From the NCBI GenBank assembly GCA_964016885.1, contig OZ024740.1, forward strand, positions 133,610,001 through 133,674,000: 64,000 nucleotides of DNA, read 5' to 3'. This document shows positions 55,745 to 64,000 of this stretch, one piece after another. The notes below the pieces were generated by a model. That model was not told the DNA's origin. It did not search any database and saw only the letters and a list, made by a program, of their open reading frames with translations. Source of the DNA: Eledone cirrhosa. Lineage: Eukaryota. Position numbers and translations under genes: made by a program. Positions within the stretch are counted from its first letter, which is position 1, and every line of letters starts with the position of its first letter.

Positions 55745-57955
55745 TTAACTCTTTTATTATTTTATTCTTTTACGGTCCAGCCATCCGGAGGACGCCATGC
55801 TGGTACACCGCCCTTGTTGCTACACATTTTATCTCCAGCCTGTATTGGTTGGTCACTGGTGCAAGAGAGAATTCGTTGCTTCTTCCATTGGGATTCCGTC
55901 GTTCCTTGCTGTGCGCTCATCCGGGATTCTGGATAGCAAGGTGTCGAGATGTTTCTTGAAGACATCCACATCCACAGCATGCAGATCTCTCAGATTCCTC
56001 GGCAGCTTGTTGAAGAGTTGAACCCCAGGCTATTGCAATATCTGCTCCTTATTCTAGATGAGGAAGACGGGACCTTTGGCACCACACAATGACGTCCTGT
56101 TCGATGGTTGGTCCAGCTCCCATGGCCAAAGTTTGGTGCTAGTCCCTCCAGGATTTTCCACATCTAGATCACTGCGTATCTCTCCCGTCTTCGGGAGTAG
56201 AGGTTCAGTTCTTTTAGCCTATCCCAGTATCTTATCTCCTTCATCGCCGCAATCCTCTTGGTGTAGCTTCGCTGGATTGCCTCAAGCTCCGTGGTTAGTT
56301 TGACACTATGGGGTGTCCACAACTGGGAGCAATAGTCCAGGCGGCTTAGGACAAATGTCCTCCATAGTGTCAACATGGTGTCTCGGTCTCTTGTCCTGAA
56401 AGTCAAGATCCAGCCAGCTAGTGGTCTGCACATTGTCGCCACGTTCATGATGTGTGAGGAAAAAGATGCATCATCGCTCATGTTTATACCCAGGTCTCGT
56501 ATCGATTTCGACACGGGGATTACGGTCCCTCCTGGTCCTGCATAACTGTTTTGTACTGTATTTGTGTTTGCAGGTTTGTATTGTAGGGCTTGGAATTTGC
56601 CAGCGTTAAACTGCATGTTGTTGTCTTCCGCCCATTTTTATATGGCATCCAGATCTTGTAAAAGGGCAGTGTCAGTCGGGTTTTTATTGCTTGTGCTACC
56701 TTAGTGTCATCAGCATAACTAGTGAAGGATGTTGTTGTATGTTCTACAGAGGGCATGTCTGAGAGAGCCACCAAAAGCAGTAGTGGTCCAAGGATGTACC
56801 TTGGGGCACCCCACTTGTTATTGATGTTTACTTTGAGAGGGCGCCGTTTGCTGAGAATGTCTGGCTTCCGTCCTTTAAGAAGTGGTGCAGCCACTCACCT
56901 ACGTTTCCAGTTATGCCGAGTCAGTGCAGTTTGTGACATATCATTCCATGGTCGGCCTTGTCAAAGGCCTTCGCAAAGTCAAGATATATCACGTCCACAT
57001 GTGAGCTATCTAGCAGTTGTTTCAGTACCCAGTCGTAGTGATGTAGCAGCTGTGTAAGGCAGATTCTTCCAGGGTTTCTTTTGCAAATTTAAAGAAGGCC
57101 TTAGGGTTTGTTTTAATATTTTCTATGGCCTTGCTTTCTTTGCCCTCTCATTTTCATGGGAAAGTTTGAGTGCAATCTCGGTGTCAAGTAGTGCACGTTT
57201 CAAATAGGATTACTGCTAGTTTTTTGTTTTCTTGTGCATTCAACTGGCTTGAGAGTTTGGTTCTACGTCTCATAAGGAATTTCCTATATTTGGGAATAAG
57301 ATTTTTGTGACTGTTTGCCTTTTTCTCCGGGACAAACCTTTTGCATATAGTGTGTATCGTTGTCATGAAGTGTTGAAATTGTGTGTTGGTGTCTTGTGTG
57401 GCGGTGTTTTCGCTCCATATTTACTTCCGGATTTCTCTCTTGATATTTTTCCAGTTAGCCTTGTAGAAGTTAAGGCTGGATAACGTCCCAGTGCTTCTTG
57501 ATGGTTGTGTCTCTGTTGGTTCTCTCGGACCACATATCATTAGTTCTACTAAGTTATGATCCGAGAAAATTGTTGGTGTCACCTTTACATTGTGGATGAG
57601 CACTTCGTTGTTTGTAAAACAAGGTCCAGGACATTTTCGCCTCTTGTTGGGAGGAGTACTGCTTGTTCCATGAACAGCCTGTGTGTGAGGGCCAGCATGG
57701 ACTCCGTCTATCTCTGTTCTATTGACGTCATTCCAGGAAGGAGGTGGCCCTCAGGCCATTTGACCTTTGGCAGGTTGAAGTCTCCCAGCAGTAGAATGTT
57801 GAGACCCTGGTCCAGTTTGTCAAGGACCTCTTCTATCCTAATGAGGCTATCCTCAAATTGACCCTCATGACTGGGGGCATCGGGCGGCCGATATGTGACA
57901 CATATTACTGTCTTTAGTTGCTTCATATGTACTATCAGTGTGTCACAGACAGAGT
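55745..57955 (-). mobile_element. Degraded CR1-type LINE (APE, partial RT, C-terminus, A-rich tail)
   Basis: VICVTYRPPD, LLLGDFNLP, FSDHNLV (APE); SYADDTK (RT); MQFNAGKFQAL, IRDLGINM, SRLDYCSQLWTP, LEAIQRSYTKRI (CR1 C-terminus). Internal deletion between 57050 and 57060. Confidence 0.9.
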
Positions 57956-58410
57956 TTGTTCTTCCTTTGGACAGTTGTCCACTGGTCCCTCACTACTTGG
58001 TTCTCCTTCGGAAGGCGATTTCGCTTCTCACCGTTACCGTTTGCTTGTTGGTTGCCCTCCCTGACTGTGGCGGCGGGTATCTCATTTTCTTTCAGGTCTG
58101 TGCTTGTGCCTTCTTCCTTTTCTTCTTCTTCTCCTTTCTCTTCGTGTTTCTCCTCCTTCAGGACACAGCTTAGCATCTCCATATGTGCCGCTATGAGGAC
58201 ATAGGCCTTCTCGATTTCTTTTCTTTGTCTTTCTATCTGCACCGGAGTCCTCAGAAACCCATGGTTCTTCGGGGACTCCGCAATCTTTTTGCTTGGTGGT
58301 AATGCATCAGCCAGGCTCCACCTCTTTATCAAAACCGCTAGTTCCATCTTTGACCAGTTTCATGACTCCTAATTTCACCTTTTCCCTGTATGCAGTCCAT
58401 TTCGCTGTGG
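57943..58410 (-). mobile_element. Possible ORF1-like remnant fused to the CR1 endonuclease
   Basis: 134-aa charged ORF directly upstream on the same strand; no motif recognised. Confidence 0.35.
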
Positions 58411-58465
58411 CGGGGAGAAAGAGAGGGAGAGAGGGACAGAGAGAGATTTAAGGAGCGATGTAGAG

Positions 58466-58536
<71 letters not shown>

Positions 58537-58684
58537 TGCGATCTAGAGAGAGAGAAAAAGAAAAAAGAAAGGGGAGAAAGACAGAAGAGAGGAGCGAGAG
58601 AGATAGCGGGAAGAGTGGGAGGAAAGGTTAGAGATAGAGAGAGGGGGAGATAGATAAGTCTGGTGAGAAATTCAAGGTGTGATT

Positions 58685-58723
<39 letters not shown>

Positions 58724-58920
58724 CGTGTTATCTAGAGAGAGATATAGAGAGAGAAAGAAAGAAGGAGAGAGGTAGGAGAGACACAGAAGAGAGAGAGAGA
58801 CAGAAACAGCGTGAGAAATATCAATCCAGAGAGAGATAGAGATAGAGAAAGAAAGAAGGAGAGTGACAGAGACAGCGTGAAAATTAGCAATGCAGAGAGA
58901 TAGAGATAGAAGAAGAAAAT
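58410..58920. repeat. (GA)n-rich low-complexity tract
   Basis: Pure GA runs at 58469-58512 and 58686-58719 within purine-rich sequence. Confidence 0.92.
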
Positions 58921-58992
58921 AGGAAATATGTATATATATATATATTATATATATAGTATATATATTTATGTATATATATATATATATATATA

Positions 58993-59420
58993 TTTCGTTT
59001 CTGAATTTGTTTAGCAAGATTCTTTATCTGAAAACGTGTGTTGAAACCGATATTGTTATACTTTGGGAGGGTCATGTTGCCAATAAGAAACACACGCACC
59101 AGTTGCTTTCACTCCAATTGATTTTAAATTAAAAAATAAAAATAAAAATACATTCTGTGACCTCTTAAGTGACTGGGGATTCTTTTAAAACAAAGAAAAG
59201 AATCCCCAGTCACTGAAGAGGTCACAGACTGTGTGACGAAAGAACTTTTACAATATATGAACAACCGTCTGGTTGTGGAACCAACCAAACAACCGGAAAT
59301 TTATAAATAAAGAAAAAAAATTTTTTTTTAAATTTTTTTAATTTATAATAAATTGGAGTGAAAGTAGCTGGTGCGAGTGTTTCTTATTGGCAACATGACC
59401 CTCCCGAAGTATAACAATAT
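58993..59420 (+). mobile_element. Non-coding family A element with double inversion
   Basis: Tail 58993-59049. Outer inverted arms 59050-59119 / 59351-59420 and inner inverted arms 59151-59186 / 59196-59231. (TA)n on both sides. Confidence 0.85.
59209..59251 (+). ncRNA. Minimal type I hammerhead ribozyme (stem I mismatch)
   Basis: gtca-CTGAAGA-g-gtcaca-gactg-tgtgac-GAAA-gaac-TT-ttac. Confidence 0.72.
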
Positions 59421-59435
59421 ATATATATTATATAT

Positions 59436-59517
<82 letters not shown>

Positions 59518-59520
59518 ATA

Positions 59521-60002
<482 letters not shown>

Positions 60003-60026
60003 CAAACATATATATATATATATATA

Positions 60027-60107
60027 GATTCGATCAGAAGTAGTGACCAGACCGACTAACCACGTCGCTACAAATACCTATTTAAGCATACTATACACAC
60101 ACCCACA

Positions 60108-60149
<42 letters not shown>

Positions 60150-60241
60150 GTGGGTGTGTGTGTGTTTATGTGTATATTATGCTTAAATAGGTATTTGTAG
60201 CGACGTGGTTAGTCGGTCTGGTCACTACTTCTGTTCGAATC
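60027..60241. repeat. Inverted duplication centred on (TA)n
   Basis: 60027-60110 versus 60146-60241. Confidence 0.9.
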
Positions 60242-60805
60242 TGAGAATAGCCCTTAAAAAGACTGTTATCGCATACGGTAAGGATGAACAGACGAAACAA
60301 GAAGTTGAAAGGACGAGCAAGGCAAGAGATGTAGTTTCGGTCATGTATTTTCATACGTGAAGCGACAATACAGAGGGTCAAGGCAAGTGTGGCAGAGGAG
60401 AGGAACGACGATAAGCGAGCTGACTCTGCCAAAGGTCGACTGGTGAAAGTGTTTGGAACCACTCTATGTATACACAAATAATCGTTTGATGTTTATTCGC
60501 TGCGTATGCGTTTTATTTTGGTGGCTTAAGGGTTGTTTGTTTCACTGGGGTGAGGTAGCTAGATAAGCAGATGGAAGAGTTGTTTATTTTACTGGTAAGG
60601 ACAGATGTTATTTCCGTTGGCTGTACATATTTCTACATGTCAGGTTTAAAAGGTTTTTTTGAATGATAAGATTCCAGTGTATTTTTTTTTTTTTTTATGT
60701 GTTTTAAACTGAATAAACTCAACGAGATAGCTAAAATTTTAGATCAGATATAAAAATGATGTACGAATTTCACACTCGTAAGCATAAACAATACATACCT
60801 ACTCA

Positions 60806-60850
<45 letters not shown>

Positions 60851-60881
60851 ATTATATATATATATTCATATTTTTTTTTTT

Positions 60882-61334
60882 CTAGGGCGGGTAAAATTCC
60901 CGAGATCCATGGACGAGTTCTCTCCAGCGGTCTCTGTCCCTCATTATCGCTGCCATGACCTGCGTCGCCAACAGACCAGTGTCTGTCCTTAGGGTAACAA
61001 CATACGTTAACCTGGGTCTTCCACTTCCAGTGTGTACATGTAGGGGCTTCCACGGGAGAAATGAGTGCAATCTCAACTCTGGCTGTCGGTGAGCATGTCC
61101 AGGTAACCTCAGTGTCCTCTGCATCACTTTTGAGCTGACTTTTGGGAGGCTCCCATACAGCTCTGAGTTTTTCATCCTCAGTATATACTGATTAATGTTC
61201 AGAGCCATCCTAAGCATTCTCGTGTAGCACCCATCCACCATCTGAGTAAGTTTCTTGGTCAGTGTCCAAGTCTCAGACCCGTACAGCACCACAGACCCCA
61301 CTACAGCAATGAAGAGGCGGATTTTCAGGTCTTT
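60882..61334 (-). mobile_element. RTE-clade LINE 3' fragment with A tail
   Basis: LKIRLFIAVVGSVVLYGSETWTLTKKLTQMVDGCYTRMLRMALNI...GRPRLTYV...RDRDRWRELV, then a stop followed by poly(A). Confidence 0.88.
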
Positions 61335-61449
61335 ATGTATATATATATATATAAAGCCAAAACAATGCAGGTATGGACATAGAATAAAGAATGCAAATGC
61401 AAAAGATATTGTTGACAATTAGTCTTTTACCTTAGATTTATTTAAATGT

Positions 61450-61484
61450 CCTTAATTTTCGAGATAATATCTCTTCTTCGGAGG
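61450..61484 (-). ncRNA. Degenerate minimal hammerhead
   Basis: Minus strand: cct-CCGAAGA-a-gagat-att-atctc-GAAA-at-TA-agg. One core substitution and a shortened stem III. Confidence 0.55.
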
Positions 61485-61866
61485 GAAGTAAAGCGGTTAA
61501 ACCAGTGTTCTAAATAGCTTGCCGAGTCATGCTGACAGGAAATGGTATAGAGTATCTGTTCTATCTCTAATATCAAAGAGTTAAGGTTAGGTGGATAAAG
61601 AGTAGTCTCCCTTTAAAAGGGTTTTTTGTACATGCCTGTTTAAGTGTGTGGGAGAATGTGTGAGGTGTAAGAATGTGTGTGTGTGTGTGTGAGTGTGAGA
61701 AGATATGTCTATACGTAAATGTGGGGATAGATGTTATCTCGTGTTAGAACTGGTCTTTGTGTGTGTATGTGTGTGTGAGAGAGAAAATAAGTGGAGGTGT
61801 AAGCGTGTGTGTGTGTGTGTGTGCATTTTTATGGGAGGGGGTGTAAATATGGGGCTAGATGCTATA

Positions 61867-62318
61867 TCAAGTTATAAATTGGGTGTTGAGGTCTAGTCTA
61901 TTATTGATTGGTGGTTGTGTTTTGTCTATAATTAGTGCTTCCTTAATTCTAAGATTTCCGAGGTTTCTTTCCTTAGTTTCTATCCTAACTGTTATGGTTT
62001 TGTCGGTGTTTTTGCAATTAACTAGGTGTGTCTTAAATGAGGACGCGTTAGTATTGAGGTATTCTTTTATTCTTATGTGGAGTGGTCTGGTGGTGCTACC
62101 GACGTAGAGGTTGTTGCATTTGTCACACTCTAGTTTATATACGACGTAAGCCTGGTGGAAAAGGTCTGTGTCGTTGATGGGGCAGTTGGCTAGCCTGCAG
62201 CGGTTGTCATGTCTGGTGGAGTGTCTTTTGGTTAGCTGTCCGCGTAGAGAAGGACCTGAGTGGGCCAGTTGGATATCTAGTATCTCTCGTCTGATAGCTC
62301 TGCGGATGGCTGTTGTTG
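61867..62318 (-). pseudogene. Penelope-type GIY-YIG endonuclease domain, 5'-truncated
   Basis: CRLANCPI...VVYKLECDKCNNLYVGSTTRPLHIRIKEYL...RIKEALIIDKTQPPINNR. The N-terminal part of the listed ORF is unrelated flanking repeat. Confidence 0.9.
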
Positions 62319-62345
62319 TATATATATATATATATATGTATAAAT

Positions 62346-63296
62346 TAAAGACGTAAAATAAGAAAATTATAAAAATTAACTTACTTACTAAAATTTCACT
62401 CCAACTAATTAGTTTCTGAAAGGGAATAAACATGGTTTCCGAATGGAACACATGGAGAAGGTCTTTCGTCATCAGGGAAGTCTATTCTCAGCTAAGTTCC
62501 CAGGCAATGCGTGGACACAGGGAACTTATACAAAAATAATTCAATGGATGGAAAAAAGCAAAGCGTGGACTAAGTTCCAAGACATTGAAAAAATCACTGC
62601 CTACTTGGTCGGTGGCAAATTCAAAAGAATCAATCACGTGACATCGAGGTTAATCAGTGAGGAGTGGGGTGTTAAGAAGACAGTAGCCTGACTATTACTA
62701 TGAACTATAGTAGCAGTTTTGGCAAATTTTTGCACAACAAAATAATTTGGAGATAATTATAAAGAATTAGTATATCTACCAACATATATATACAGATGCA
62801 TACCTATGCTAGGAAATATATAGGTTTTGTCTTAGTAACTTTGTGGTTCAATGCAAGGGGATGCAGAACAATTATATGAAAGACGTAAAATAAGAAAATT
62901 ATAAAAATTAACTTACTAAACTAAATTTTCACTCCAACTAATTAGTTTCTGAAAGGGATTAAACATGGTTTCCGAATGGAACACATGGAGAAGGCCTTTC
63001 GTCATCAGGGAAGTCTATTCTCAGCTAAGTTCCTAGGCAATGCGTGGACACAGGGAACTTATACAAAAATAATTCAGTGGATGGAAAAAAGCAAAGCGTG
63101 GACTAAGTTCCAAGACATTGAAAAAATCACTGCCTACCTGGTCGGTGGCAAACTCAAAAGAATCAATCACGTGACATCGAGGGTAATCAGTGAGGAGTGG
63201 GGTGTTAAGAAGAGAGTAGCCGAACTATTACTATGAACTATAATAGCAGTTTTGGCAAATGTTTGCTCAACAAAATAATTTGGAGTTAATTATAAA
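62346..63296 (-). mobile_element. Family D partial tandem (533-bp period), pLTR-like
   Basis: 62346-62762 ~ 62878-63295. Homologous to 34972-35180. The left end abuts a TA run. CTGATGA...GAAA motif on the minus strand of both copies. Confidence 0.7.
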
Positions 63297-63328
63297 TAAT
63301 TAGTATATAATTAGTATATAATTCTTTA

Positions 63329-63391
<63 letters not shown>

Positions 63392-63392
<1 letters not shown>

Positions 63393-63512
63393 GTAATAAA
63401 TACATAGAACATTGTATACACACGGGCGTGTGCGCACGCGTATGCACATGGCGAAACATGTGCACTAACTTCATATATATATATATACATATATATATGT
63501 ATATATATATGT

Positions 63513-63544
<32 letters not shown>

Positions 63545-63668
63545 TATATATATATACATATATATATATGTATATATATATATATATGAAGTTAGTGCAC
63601 ATGTTTCGCCATGTGCATACCCGTGCGCACACGCCCGTGTGTATACAATGTTCTATGTATTTATTACA
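63392..63668. repeat. Inverted duplication centred on TA-rich tract
   Basis: 63392-63472 versus 63587-63668, about one mismatch. Confidence 0.92.
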
Positions 63669-64000
63669 AGTATTTAGTTGGTTGTTACAAATCTTATCGA
63701 AATTTATAACTATACAGAAGGATTACACATTCTATATATGAACTGCGTTTATATAATATTTAAGTCCGGTATATATTATATTATGCGAAAAATATCATCC
63801 CAATTCCTTCTCTCAATTTTTCTTCTCAACGCGTGTCATATATGTGTTCGCTCTAAACACTCTCAAATGACAGTCTATCCCTTTAAATTCGGTGGATAAT
63901 ATATTCCTAAACATATCTATAAAATACGGGTTATTTAGAACTGGAATTCATTTATCATAGATCTGTTTGACTACGTTTTCCTTATGACTTAACTAGAAAA

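Larger units (their letters stand above)
61340..62318 (-). mobile_element. Penelope-like element 3' portion (GIY-YIG plus pLTR)
   Basis: GIY-YIG ORF listed below, followed by an AC-rich pLTR with a degenerate hammerhead, bounded by TA runs. Confidence 0.85.

Noticed and set aside
62443-63236. Duplicated 82-aa and 86-aa ORFs (MEHMEK...) as genes
   Set aside because: They lie within a repeat unit, opposite to the inferred element strand, have different stop positions, and show no recognised domain.

Overview
AT-rich, repeat-dense eukaryotic DNA in which I can support no host protein-coding gene. The tRNA-derived SINE family and the microsatellite and LINE content resemble an octopod cephalopod genome; this is an inference from recalled repeat sequences and was not searched. 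About 23.4 kb (8831-32261) is a 33-bp minisatellite with higher-order duplications. The rest holds degraded LINEs (RTE, Tx1/L1, CR1), SINEs with target-site duplications, two Penelope-like GIY-YIG remnants and many (TA)n tracts. The most interesting signal is a recurrent architecture shared by five or six short element families of unrelated sequence. Each insertion is an inverted duplication in which one arm ends flush on (TA)n and the other carries an extra tail of about 33-78 nt. Several copies contain minimal type I hammerhead ribozyme cores (CTGANGA...GAAA-NNNN-TH), including a tandem pair 444 bp apart in a non-coding, retrozyme-like unit. This suggests (TA)n-targeting, ribozyme-bearing Penelope-like elements plus non-autonomous derivatives. 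All alignments and folds were done by eye.
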